Below are positions 1-12,500 of a DNA stretch of 25,434 nucleotides, piece by piece. Position 1 is the first letter of the stretch. Every line of letters starts with the position of its first letter. Source of the stretch: Vezdaea acicularis (taxonomy: Eukaryota); NCBI GenBank assembly GCA_026025075.1, contig JAPEUI010000075.1, forward strand, positions 62,001-87,434, in the 5' to 3' direction. The notes under the pieces are model-generated. The model saw only the letters and a program-made list of their open reading frames with translations. It ran no database searches and was not told the DNA's origin. Position numbers and translations under genes: made by a program.

Positions 1-473
1 TAGCTAACTGAATCCCTTGGATAGTTGAGGAATTTTTTCGCTTATTTTAAAACCGTCCAAAGACTTTACAATATAGAATTGTCACCATCTCTAATTTAAC
101 GCCAAAAATCGAATCTCTCAAGCCTGTCAAGCCTGTCTCGTAGTGTAGAGTCACGACTTTTTGACAAAACACCAAAATAAGGAGCTGCAGAACCACATGA
201 TGTGGGCAAGGGTGACAACAAAGCCTGCTATTGTCGCTGTAACTTTGTAACATGCCTTGTTGCGATTATAACCTAAAGCCCGCTTCCAAAGCATTTCGCA
301 ATGTGTCTCGCCAGGGTCACTTTGTGGCCTTCAAAATTCAGCATCCTGCACCCAGTATGTAGTCAGGATTTGGCTGAGTTCAGACCTAGTGTTGGGGCTA
401 AATTTAGGCCTTGACGCTTACCCAATACGATATGAGTTTCAATAGTGCTACGATAGACTCAACCATAATGTGA

Positions 474-527
474 AATCAAATCTAGAGTCAAACTTCAAGT
501 CAAACCTGGAATCAAACCTATAATCAA
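474..527 (+). repeat. Degenerate 12-bp tandem repeat (~4.5 units)
   Basis: AATCAAATCTAG AGTCAAACTTCA AGTCAAACCTGG AATCAAACCTAT AATCAA. Confidence 0.45.
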
Positions 528-953
528 TGTCGGGGGCCGAAGTCAGCCCAGTACTAAAACTGAGGTGGGAATATCGAATGACTTGCACTACAGAATCAAT
601 ATCTCCTTTTGAACTACGCCCAGAGAAATATCATCATTGCATTAAGATGAGGTTAGACACTTTCCAATCGTATTTAAGTATTGATGGTTTAGGAGAGGCT
701 CTCTAAACCATCTTTCTCACAACTTCCCGTGTTCGCCCCGCTTTAATCTGGAGTAATGATGTGGGGTATTAAGAACTGATTTGCAGGGAAGTGTGCTGAT
801 CCATAATCTATGTGACTAGATAAATCCTAGATAATCTTTCGAATGAAAAGCCCGGTTTGCTCGACAGAAGAGTGGTCACGCCTATTATTGGTGCAAATAT
901 CTTCACCCAGAGTTCCACTCACCCCAAAAAGAGAACGCCTTTGATAAGTCATC

Positions 954-3900
954 CTAGACCCCAGGAACATTGAAGTCCGGGAACTGCGGCCAATTGCCCA
1001 ACTCTGCCGGATCTCCTCCAATACGAACCCATGTAGACAAAGAGGGAGTCGGGCCATCAAGGATGAACAGCTGGTGCCACCCAGGGGGGGAGGTGTGCGC
1101 ATTTGGCGGTGCCGTGATAGTACACGTATTACCATTGCAAGAGAAAGCCGGAAATATAGTCCTTTGACCCATGCTATTGCCATGGGTGCTCGCCACCGCA
1201 CCCATCAAAGAGACCCTCAAATTCGCTGTGGAACCTTGCGTGACGACAATTTGATAGGACTGGCCATAGGCCCAATCCTTGTTCTGAATGGTATATGCTG
1301 GTCTTGGTAAGCCGGACAATAAATATGGTGGCCTGAATACTTCAACACGATATTCTTGTGGGAATCGGGTATCTTCGGGATCGGAGCCTGATACTAGGAC
1401 CCGCCCATCTTGGAGAAGTATCGCTTCGGAGTGGTACAATCGAGCGACCGTCGTGTTTGCCATAACACTCATACGTGAGCCCACTGGTTGGCTAGGGTCA
1501 TACAAGACTGCGTTGAGGTTGGGTTGTGTAGCAAGACCGAAGCCAGCACGGCCCTGCTGTCCGCCGTTGAGGATGAGATATGTTCCGTCAGGGAGAGCGG
1601 CGATACACGAGATAACGCGCTTTGAAGGCTATGAGGAAAAGAGGAATCAGCTTGTGTCAGCGAAATAGACTATTCACAATGATACATTGACTCTGATCTG
1701 ACTTACCATACGCTCAATTGTCCACTTCGGATTGCCCACCTCGGGTTGAATTGATACGCAGTTGTCGAGAGCAATCTCTGGCCCCGGAATCGACCCACCG
1801 CAGATCATCACTGTCAGTGGATCGGAATAGGGTGCATGCTGAGGCATCAGCACTGTCGTGCCTTCAAATGGATATGTGCGTCCGCCCAGAAAATCATTGA
1901 CAGCACCAGGGATATTCGGCAAGGTTTTTGCCGTTGCGAAGGTGGATTCATCCAGAACTCTGGCCTCGTTATAGTATGCGATGAACACACCACCCGAGGG
2001 AAGTACTGCCAGGAAGGGGTAAAGGTTGTAGGGATCGGTGCGGTCGAGAAAATCGCAGTATACAACGGAACCGCCCACTGGCTTTGGAAGGACTTCGAGC
2101 GATGGCACGGGTGCTCCGTTTGAGCCCTCTTCTCCCCCAACGACAAGAATAGATCCGTTAGTCAAGGTCATGGCACTCGGATACCACCTTCCAGCTTGTA
2201 ATTTGACCTCATCATAGTTTTCCTGCCAGTCATTCACTCCAGGGACTCCAGGCGATCCGTCGGGCCAATACAAGCGCACTCCGTAGGTTGCGCCGTTAGC
2301 CCACCCACCGATATTGATCTGCCTACCAACCTTGTCAGGTAGGGTCAAACCTGCGGAGCAAAATATATCAGTCTTGACATGCATTGGTCTCCAAGCTGCG
2401 GTAAAGTTGTTGATTTCGGAGAGGTCTAGCTCATAAGCACCTGTTGTGTTGGGCGCGCCAGTGCCGTACTTCTCCAAGAAGGTGACCTTGCCATTGACGC
2501 CAGCGTTCGTGATGAGTGGTATGACAACACCGCCAATCAAGAATACATATTCGCCTGCCGCGTTGCCGGTGGGAAACTTCCAAGTATACAGGGGTGTGCC
2601 AGTCCATTGATAATAGGAGATCCTATCGCCTCCACCACAGACAACTGTGGGGTCGCCGGAGCAGACCGAGTTGCAGTCAGACTCTGGTTGAATAGTTGCA
2701 CCTGCTGCTGCAATATTGGCAACATCTCCGCAATCTATTTGGACATCAGTCAGGAAGAGGAGATATTGGAGTCTCCAAGGGATTGCGCACAGCATTCGTT
2801 ACTATATTCCATGCCACCAGCATTATATCCGTATTGAGAACATAAGCTAAGACAATTTGTTGCAGTATTATTGTTTGGGAAGATAATCTGGTATGGGAAT
2901 GTCCTCATCTCGGCATTGTCCCTATCAAAGATGAGCATTTGAGAACATGATAGGATACGAGAACAAAGTGAGCTTGACTTACAGAAGGCACCCTTTATAG
3001 GTCCACGAGCCAGGCAGCCCTGAAGTTTGAGCAGCAGGCGCTTGATACGTTTGCACTGTCCCTTTTGAGTATAGGCTGACCCTGTTTGGCCCGCCGCATT
3101 CCTCCCCCGAGTTGCCGCTACAGGCCATGTTGCAATCCGTGTCTGCCGGCGCGAGAGTCCCTCCATTCTTGACGTATTTGTCGCAGAAGCATTGAGTGCT
3201 GTACTCCATTCCCGCGACCGTATAGCCAGCTCCTATACAGGCTTGAATACATGACTCAACAGTAAGCGCCGAATTGTCCGGCTGCTGATTGCTGAGAATG
3301 CGTCCTTGCGCATTGTCGATATAGCATCCGGCATAACTCCAGCCCGAAGGGAGTCCGGTAGGAGTGTTTGATGGTTTTGCTGAGGACTTAGTGGTCATAG
3401 AAGGACTAGAGGAGGAGCTAGCACTAGCGCTAGGGTTGGCGCCACCAAAGCTGTAAACGTCTAGGCGGTTGGATCCACCACAGTACTCTGATGAGTTTCC
3501 ATTGCATGGCATACTGCATCCTGCCAGTCCATCAGATGCGGGGGCACCACCATTAGAGAGCACGTTGCCGCAATCTACGACCAAAGAATGAATAAGTCAA
3601 TGATTTGGAAATTCTAAGAAGGGTACAGAGATGTAGAAGTGCCGAATTGAAATAACGTACAACACTCCCCGGAGTATTCAACGCCAGCGAGAACATATCC
3701 TGAAGCGTGGCAAGCCGACGTGCAGATTGCAACGGTCAAGGCGCCCTGACCACCCGCTGTATTCGCGGTGTTCGTAAGGGTTCGGCCTCCTGTCGAGTCA
3801 CTGTACCAGGTTATAATTAGCATACGCGATGACCTAGCTTCGAGCTCAAACCAGAGGAAAAGTCAGAGTCTATAGGCTGGTCGTGATGATTGCGAACTCG

Positions 3901-4839
3901 TCAATGACTTTGTGTGAAGCTACGAAAGGAGAATAGACTTAAGCTCACCGAGGGCCTTGAATATCCCAAGGATGTAAGTTCTTTCGAAGCCGCCAAACTT
4001 GAGATACCAGCCAAAGAAATTGTACGAAACCCAATCTCTGGGATATATCGGATTGTGAATAGAAGGAACCACTTACGTGTAGCAGCCAAGGAAGCTCCAA
4101 GAATTTGGCCCAGGATTCGTAGATGGAGGCGTTTGGCCACTGTAGAACAGATTCAACCTATTGGACCCCCCGCAGGGTTCATTGCCGTTTCCAGAGCAAG
4201 CCATGTTGCAGTCTCCTGCAGCAGCAGTATTTCCCGTGCTTGCGATGACATCGCTACAATCTGTGGAAGGTAATTCTAGTATTAGTATGAAAAAACCCAA
4301 TCATAGACTTGATTTAGATCAAATATAGACATCTATGGATTTGAGTGGATGTAGTACGTAATGAAATTGAGGAGGACCAGCATATGTCATAAGGAGCAGA
4401 GGCCAACCTACAGCATTCAGTCGAAAACTCGGTCCCCGCGTAAATGTAATTCTTCGAGCTGCAAAAGGTAATACAAGCCTCGTCCGTCATTGCATTGTTG
4501 CTACCGTACGTCGCACTTGAGAGAGTGCGAGCATTTATACTGTCACTATGACCGAAGAAAGCGCAAGGTCAGTCTGCATACCGGGAGCGGGCGAATACAG
4601 CAGCATGTACTTTACTTACGTGTAACAGCCTTTGGACGTCCAGCCTCCAGGAAGGTTCGCAGGTACGGCGAGATCGCGTTTGTGGAGGAGTTCGTGGGGG
4701 ACTGAGTGCGCCGCTGATAAGGCGAGCTGTCCCAAAGTCTGGTCTTAGTAGAGTTCCAAGTAGAAAGAGACATCATCAGACGCACAGAGGAGAGTAAGAG
4801 TAAGGATGCGAAAATCGACGGACGGATCGTCGACATCAT
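954..4839 (-). CDS. Secreted WSC-domain copper radical oxidase (CAZy AA5_1, glyoxal oxidase-like); 4 WSC domains + catalytic domain; 9 exons, ~1018 aa
   Basis: Hand-spliced exons: 4839-4786, 4738-4620, 4545-4412, 4260-4077, 3800-3661, 3574-2983, 2921-2791, 2734-1707, 1628-954 (3057 nt, in frame, all GT..AG). The N-terminus [27 protein letters not shown] is signal-peptide-like and is followed by a KR (Kex2-like) site. Four WSC repeats are present (W..xGC..D...R.L...C...C...Y..AG.EY..EC.C...C...CxG...CGG..R). Radical-copper motifs are intact: DIFCSAG (Cys of the Tyr-Cys cofactor), GRWYPS (Tyr), ARLYHSEA (Tyr+His), [10 protein letters not shown] (His). The C-terminal Ig-like segment reads [16 protein letters not shown]. 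Confidence 0.95.
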
Positions 4840-6316
4840 CGTCGACGATTAGAGAAAGGGCAAACGAATGACAAGTACCAAGTTCAGGTGGAGAAAGCAA
4901 TATACTCCGGCAGACGAATGATGGTCAAGATCGGCCGCGCCATGGAGCCCTTCTTAAGTGTCCATCAGGGAGCCACCGCCGTCTGGGCCACATCGATAGC
5001 CAAAGTCAATAAGGGACAGTACGCGTACTCCGAGGTCGAATATCGCGTTCTCCAGCCCAAGGAAGGTCGGAGGAAAGCTAAGGCGAGGTTGCTCGCTACA
5101 AGTGACCACGGTACTGCTCTCCATGCTGCTCTTCATGCTGCCCTCCGCTTCTTCTGTTTCTCTCTTGGGACTGGGTCTGTCCAAAGCGGTCGAGAAGCCG
5201 TCAGCGGCTGATCCGGGTGGCTTGAAGCTTTCCAAGCTTCGTCACGGCAGAGCTCACGCGACGAGAAACGATGGAATAAGCGTGACCTCTTTTTCGATTA
5301 GGAACCAGAGAATTGCATATGCTAGTGGTCAGGAGGAGCTAGCCAGAGGTGCCAAAGCAAACCGAGCAGACCGAGCGGACCGAGAAGAGCGAGCAGGTCA
5401 AGCAAGCCAAGAAAGCTTTACGCGACGGATATGGTATTCGGTTGCGTGCCCCTCACGGTCCATCTCGACGCCGCAGCCTCAATCGAAGCGAACACGGGCG
5501 ATGGCTCTTAGGGCCCATGCCCCGCCCGTCCCGCATGGGCCAAGCGAGCGACTAAGGTCTTGTGTTGGAAATCCAAGGGAGCTGAACTCTTCAGGGGCTA
5601 GGTTTACCACCTCGTTCTGCGGTACCCCACGGGATCACGAGCCGGTGGCGTCCGTTTGCTTCAGGGTCCTACCAGTCCGTCCGTGGTTGGGGTACGGCGC
5701 GCTAGTGAGCCACTCATGTCGCAGCTCTCAAGAGCATTGCGATTTGGCGAAAAAGGAGGATCTGGACCTCTCGCCAACTACGCCTGAGCACTATCGACGA
5801 CTGAAGTCATCGTCACAACTCCCTCAGCCTGGGCTCCGGACGCAATACATATCGATCTCGGCCCCATTCGTTACCTATTTTGCGAACTCCTTTCAGCATC
5901 AAAATGGCTATTCTCGCGACTGCATTGACGCTCGTTATCTTGCATATAGATATGGATTACAGGCTCAATCGGGCCCTGTCCATTACCTGCATCTACGCCC
6001 TGCTCGACGATGCATTATTGAAACAGGCGACATGGCCAGCAGACATGGCCTGCGGTCGGTGCATGCCTCGTGCTGCGCAATGCAGTCCCTGCTGCTACCT
6101 GAGGAGCTCGGCGATGGACGGAACTCTGTCTGACCCTTGGCTCGGCATCAGAGCTATCAGATGATCTCCACTATTTGACGCTCGCGGCTTGGGGGATTGA
6201 AGAAGTCATCCGTGGCCATCCTGAACTTGTCCTTCAGCTTCATGACAGAGGAACCTGGCAAGTGTACGGACCACCGAGCAATCAGCCCGTCCGTATCAAT
6301 CACGAGGTCCCTCAAA
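4840..6316. promoter_or_regulatory. Divergent (head-to-head) intergenic/promoter region between the AA5_1 oxidase and GH16 genes
   Basis: About 1.5 kb between the two start codons, which face opposite ways. Inferred from gene orientation only; no specific transcription-factor site identified. Confidence 0.45.
5362..5415 (+). repeat. Degenerate 9-bp tandem repeat (6 units)
   Basis: CCGAGCAGA CCGAGCGGA CCGAGAAGA GCGAGCAGG TCAAGCAAG CCAAGAAAG. Confidence 0.5.
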
Positions 6317-7910
6317 ATGTCTGGCCAAAACTCTGTCCGTTCAATCCACTCAGCCCAGACGCCCTCCACGCCTCCCACAAACCCATTCGCAACTCCGATT
6401 CACGGTACTCGTTCTCCCGCAGAAGAGGAGCGGAAGCGATACTCGTACTTCCCAACTGCAATCCCCGGTAGGCATTCAGCGCGGAGATCGAAGAGAACCC
6501 ATAATGACGTGACTTCTAGGGCCTTCAATCCCTCGCAAACGCAAGTTCAAGAGCGCCCGACTCAGGGGAGAGTATGATAGATCATTTCCTTTAAACTCGT
6601 TGCGCTTACGCACGAACAGGTACGAAAAATCATGGACGGAGGAAGTCGACCCTCGTAGGAAATGGGAAAAGATAATCTTCTGGTCGTGCATTGCCCTTGG
6701 GTTTGTCATTGGTGCTGGCATATGCTACATGTCACTCTTGACTGTGACCAATCATGAGGTGAGCATCATAACCATCGCCTTGAGCACTGACTGCTCATCT
6801 GTCAATAGTATTGCCTTCTTCTAGAAGATGATTTCAAGACCATCGACCCAAGCATATGGAGCTACGAGATTCAACGTGGGGGTTTCGGCACTGGTTCCTT
6901 CGACTGGACAACTAAGGATCCCAAAAACTCTTATACCGATGCAGCTGGTCTCCATATTGTTCCGACACTCACCACGGAGTCAACAGATATCACCCCCGAA
7001 CTGCTACTTGATGGCCACGTCCTTAACCTTACTACCGATGGGACCTGCACGTCCTCCGATGTTACGATGTGCTCTATCCGTAGCAACAAGACTGCGGGAA
7101 CCATCATCAATCCTGTCCGTAGCGCGCGCCTCACGACTAAAGGCAAGAAGTCTATCACATACGGGAAGGTTGAGGTCATTGCCAAGATGCCGCAGGGTTC
7201 GTGGCTCTGGCCAGCTATCTGGATGATGCCCGAGAAAAACACCTACGGAGACTGGCCAGCCAGCGGCGAGATTGATATCGCGGAGAGTAGAGGCAACTTT
7301 GGCGATGACTACCCTGATGGTAGGGATAGTTTGACCAGTGCGCTACATTGGGGACCTGTTCCAGAGTCGGATGCATTCTTCAAAACTAGTGGGAAGCACA
7401 ACGTACGAAGAACAGACTACTCTGCGATATACCATACCTATGGGCTGGAGTGGAGTGAAAATTATCTCTTCACCTATATCGACAGTAGACTTTTGGTAAA
7501 ATTCTCTCTCGCTCCTTAGAATGATTTCCTGACCTTTTCAACAGCAAGTTTTTTTCATTAAATTCAATTCTAAATACAAGACCATGTGGGATCGCGGTGG
7601 CTTTGGCAAATCCATTCTCAACCACTCTGCCCTCTTTGACCCTTGGTCACAAACCGGCAGACCTAACACTCCCTTCGACGAACCTTTCTACCTCATTCTC
7701 AATGTAGCCGTCGGCTCCACCAACGGCTTCTTCAAGGATGGTGTTGCCAACAAGCCGTGGGGAGATGCGAGCATCAATGCTCCCTTGGAATTTTGGAGTG
7801 CCAAGGATCAATGGTATCCGACTTGGGGCAAGGGCGACGCAAGAGGCCTTACCGTTAAGAGCGTCAAGATGTGGACAGAAGGGGCCTGTGGTAGCAAACC
7901 GAAGCTATAG
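6317..7910 (+). CDS. Membrane-anchored glycoside hydrolase family 16 protein (laminarinase / beta-1,3-glucan-binding-protein-like); 5 exons, ~464 aa
   Basis: Exons: 6317-6467, 6520-6571, 6620-6758, 6809-7495, 7545-7910 (1395 nt, in frame). A Ser/Pro/Thr-rich N-terminal tail and basic KRKFKSARLRGEYEKSW segment precede one TM helix (IIFWSCIALGFVIGAGICYMSLL). The GH16 domain follows with PVRSARLTT, YGKVEVIAKMPQGSWLWPAIWMMP, the catalytic WPASGEIDIAE (ExDxxE), and PFDEPFYLILNVAVG. The start codon is the least certain part. Confidence 0.92.
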
Positions 7911-9587
7911 GGTTACATGGTATCGCTGGAGAATACTACGAATGGTCAAAATGAAGCAGGGAATGCTTCGATCGCCTGCATCTTTGCCTCTAATGCGCTG
8001 TGATAATAAAGTTTTGGGCTTTAAGGACTGCTTTCAACTTCCCCTTCATGCTTTGCCGCATTTAGTTTAGAATTGATTGGGTATTTACTGGGTGTCTTTT
8101 ATAGAATGGATTGATAGAATATTGGTTCCTGGAACACATCTCTTCGCCCCAGCTTGTGTTAACAAAATTTTCTGATGTCTTGAACGGGAAGAAAACATGC
8201 CTTGTGGGAAGTGTGAGATCAAGGGCGTGCCGAAGGATCTCATTCCTTGACGACTTGAGGTTCTTGGCGGTCTCCCCATAAGGCATATTCCGGAACAGCC
8301 CCCAATGGCGTCAGGAATACAGCTGATAGGGGGAACGACAGCCCGCTTGACCCGTCACATTTCCTTTGTCCCAACTCTTACTCCAGTGGAGGCTACAATC
8401 GGAGGAACGCGGCACGCGGCACGCGCACGCCATTTCTCGTGTCGTGCACGTTCGTGGCAAAGCACGCAGTTCGTTGTATGTTGGACCGGCGATAAAGAGT
8501 AGTTGGGCGATGCCAGCGATAATCTTCAAGTAGCAAGATCCTTGTCGTGGTGTATCGACCAGGATCCCAAGGTGACGGCGCTTGTCGGTAGTTTCCACCC
8601 TCCTCGCTTCGGTTGCTGCAAGCGAGGGTTAGGGTTCTCGCGTATTCCCACGGTTCAATAGCGCCCCTTACCGTTCATGCCAGCTTCCAATAGCCTCGTG
8701 CTGGCTCAGGCGCGCTATACCCTATTACGATCTCACCACAGCACGGCGTGCAGCTCAATAAAAGCAGCTCGGACACCCTAGGCAGTATCGTCTACTGGAG
8801 CGCCTATTCCGTTCGGCCCGACGTCCTAACATGATTGGACATTGCCAGCTCGTGGCTCCTGTCAGGGCAAGGAAGGTATGCAGACGTCCCAAGGATAATG
8901 TGACTTCGAGCAAAACGGTCTTTGGTATTCCCAGAATTACGTACGGCTCCACCAGCAAGGCGTGAAGCTTCCAAGAAATAGATGGCTTTTCAAACTACCT
9001 GACTCTCACCACACTTGCGGTTCATTTCTTCGGGCCTATTTACTATCAATACCATGTTCTAATGCGTGGCGTATTTCCGCAGCTGTTGCTCGCTGCAAGA
9101 TTGCAAACTTTCCATATGTATGATCGGCCAGCTTTGTATCAAAGCAAGGTCAAGCAATATCCGTGGCCAACTTGGGGCAGGTGAAATGTTGACAGAGAGC
9201 AGCGCCGCCTGCATCAATCTTGAAACACTGCAGGCCTTTGCAATACGCTCGCATCTCAGGCCACTATGCCGCAGAGCTTCGAGACCAAGTCCGCCATGAA
9301 TGCATGCATAACAAATGATAGCGCGCGTGCATTGTCTGTCATGAGGGAGGCCATCAACGTGTTATGATCAGCTTGGTAGCTGCTCAATACGATAGCCTCG
9401 GCTGAATAGCGTCGAAATCGGGCGGTAGGACAGTGCTTGATCTGGGCCTGTTCGAGCAGTTCCGTTATTGAGCTGCATGGCCAATATGGTGCCTAACAGC
9501 AGATGGGTGGCTATCCTGGAGCCTTCATCTTGAAGAAGATAGAAAACCTCGCCGAAGGATATTCTCTCTCATCACTACTCTTCTTCA

Positions 9588-12500
9588 ATGGCTTCTTCAG
9601 GAATTGAACTTGACTCAGCACCCACCGCTGCAAAAGATGGCAATGGCTCTAGAGTACGCTTCTCACGCCCCGCGTCAACAATTCATGATAGCACGAACTC
9701 TAGCATCATCTCGGCTGGCGCAAGTGGCCAAGATCGCCACGATGTTGTACGTCTTCTAGAATGCTCGACCCATCATATATATTACCACATTCTTACTAAA
9801 GGGATTTCCAGATGGTCAAATACCTCTATCGGAGATGCCTCCAGTCAAAGTGGTTGGAATTGAGCGAAGAAGATTATGGCAATTCCAACGGCGAGACATC
9901 GAGGCTTGGAGTGATGCTCAAGCGTCCAGATGGCATCTACACCGCGGAGCCAATGTTTATGAATCACGATGTTGTCAGCGCTGTGGAGAGACTTGGCGTC
10001 TCCGTCGCTTTCACAATGTCGTCCGAGATCATGCATGCTCTGCTCCAACAAATCACCCCCTTTCAGACCGAGCTTTCCATGGGACCTGGTGGCTTTATTC
10101 TTCATATTGTCAACTCGGTGAAAGACGTTGGCTTGGAAAAGTCTGCGGTTACGAAAGACGCGTACGTCTGCTTGTGCCGTGCTGAAAAGTTCGTCCTTGT
10201 TTGGGGCAATTCTGTTCAGGGTATCCTTACCCATGGAACGGATGTGGAGACAAAGCTCCTCGGTTTGGTTCGCATAATTGAAGCACCTTACCCCTAAAGG
10301 TCTAATGGCTGATTGGCTCATAGGTCTGGGGAGCACATATCGCCAATCCAAATCCTGGTATGACGCTTTCATATCCGCCTCTGAACTCTCCGCAAGATAA
10401 TAGGCGGTCATACTTTCCGACTGGCGACTCGGGCTGGACCACACCTGGAGATCCTTCTATGAACGAGAAGATTGGTGTGGTGCAGACCGCTATCGAACGC
10501 GAGGAGCAGGGCGATAAAATCTTCGATCCGGAGAAAGAAGGCCATGAGCCACCCAAGAGACCTTTCCTCATCACCCACGCCTTAATCATCGGCCTTGCGA
10601 TGGTCTTGGTCGTGGTCGTAGAGATGGCTTGTCTTGCAAAAGTGAGAAATACAGTCACCTTCGTGAATAAAAGACTTCCTAACACTTCTTCTTAGCTCTT
10701 GACCGAGGTCCGCTTGGATGGAAAAGTAATGCGCTTTGTTCTTGTGGGTACCTCGCAAATCCTCCCTTATGAGCAGCAAATGGTTCAGAAGCAACAGGAG
10801 TGCTGACTGAAATGAAACCCAGCTCGCGACTATTCCAATATTCGGCACATTCTCGCTGGTAAGCTGCATCGAACAGGCTCTTCTTCCCTCGAACATATTG
10901 AGCTCCCTAGCTGTATTATAGGCTAGAGCTAACATGCGATTATTGAATTTAGTTCTTTATGATTGTCTTGTCTGGCTCGATCTTCCAGCTCTTTGGACCC
11001 TTGTCAGGAGTGGAGGGAAATAGCTTGTACTATTCAGGTGTGTACTCACTGAGGTCAGGATGTGTCCTGCAGTATCGTTTCTCATCAAGAAAATAGGCAA
11101 AGCGCCAAAAGTAGGGAGATATCCTGACCTTGAGCTTCCCCACGTAACTATCCAGATGCCGGTTTACAAAGAAGGGTTGAAAGGGTATGATGAATCGGTC
11201 TTATAGACAAGCCTTCTCGAGCTGAATGACACAGGGTGATCATTCCTACGGTGACTACTCTACTTGCAGCTGTGAAGCATTACGAGGCCCAAGGTGGTAC
11301 AGCTTCGATTTATGTAAATGATGACGGTATGCAGCTAGTAAAGCCAGATCTTGCTGAGTATGATCTGCCTCACCTTATGTCTTGGCGCTCCCTAACTATC
11401 TCCCTTTAGAGCGCGTAAAGCTTTCTACGATCTCAACGGTATAGGGTGGTGCGCTAGACCCCCTCACTGCACCGAAGAAGGTGAAAATTATTTCCTTCGG
11501 AAGGGTCAGTTCAAGAAGGCATCGAACATGAATTATTGTCTCGACTTCTCGATTCGTGTCGAAGATGAAACGTTGAGATTGATTGAAGAGACTTGCCGCG
11601 AACGTGGCTGTACGCAAGACGACCTTACAATAGAAGACGAGGATGAGCTATATGAGAAAGCTCGCGACAACATGGTAGAAAAAGATAGTGGCAGGACATG
11701 GGCTGCGGGCAATGTCCGGTTAGGAGAGGTTATCTTGATCATCGACTCTGATACCCGTGTAGTAAGTCGAGAGCTTTAATGAGAGTAACCTAATATGCTG
11801 ACAAATTTCCTCTAGCCGGAAGATTGTCTTCTTTTTGGAGCTCTTGAGATGCATGAAAGCCCAGAAGTCGCCCTCCTTCAACACGCTTCTGGAATTCTCC
11901 AGGTCGTAAACAACGTTTTCGAAAATGGTATCACATATTTTACAAACCTTATCTATACCTCAATTCAATTTGCCGTAGGAAATGGCGACTGCGCTCCTTT
12001 TGTGGGGCACAATACGTTTATCCGGTGGAAAGCCATCCAGAGCATTTCTTGGGAAGAAGATAACATGACCAAGTTCTGGTCGGACAGCCACGTATCTGAA
12101 GATTTTGACGTAAGCTTACGCTTGCAAATGAATGGCTTCGTTGTACGTCTTGCGACCTACCACGATGGCGGCTTCAAAGAGGGCGTATCTCTCACAGTCT
12201 ATGACGAACTGGCGCGTTGGGAAAAATACGCTTATGGTTGCAACGAGCTGGTCTTCCATCCTTTGATCAAATGGCCTACAAGAGGACCATTCACGCGGCT
12301 CTTCCTCCGCTTTCTTCGAAGCAACATCAAAGTGACATCTAAAGTCACCATCTTCGCCTATATTGGTACATATTACGCCATTGCATCTGCCATCCCGCTC
12401 ACACTCGCGAACTACTTGATCGTCGGGTGCTTTGCAGATGACGTGGACCAGTACTACATCACCTCTTGGAAGATCTTTGTAGGTATGGCTGTTGTTTTCA

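Noticed and set aside
827..4705. Many antisense or alternate-frame ORFs over the oxidase gene (likewise over the GT2, hydrolase and fluG genes)
   Set aside because: Shadow ORFs of real coding exons; no independent motifs.
4826..4849. ATCGTCGAC direct repeat and 12-bp palindrome ATCGTCGACGAT at the oxidase start codon
   Set aside because: Too short to distinguish from chance; no known element.
8625..8636. Interstitial AGGGTTAGGGTT telomere-like 12-mer
   Set aside because: Only two units; expected by chance.
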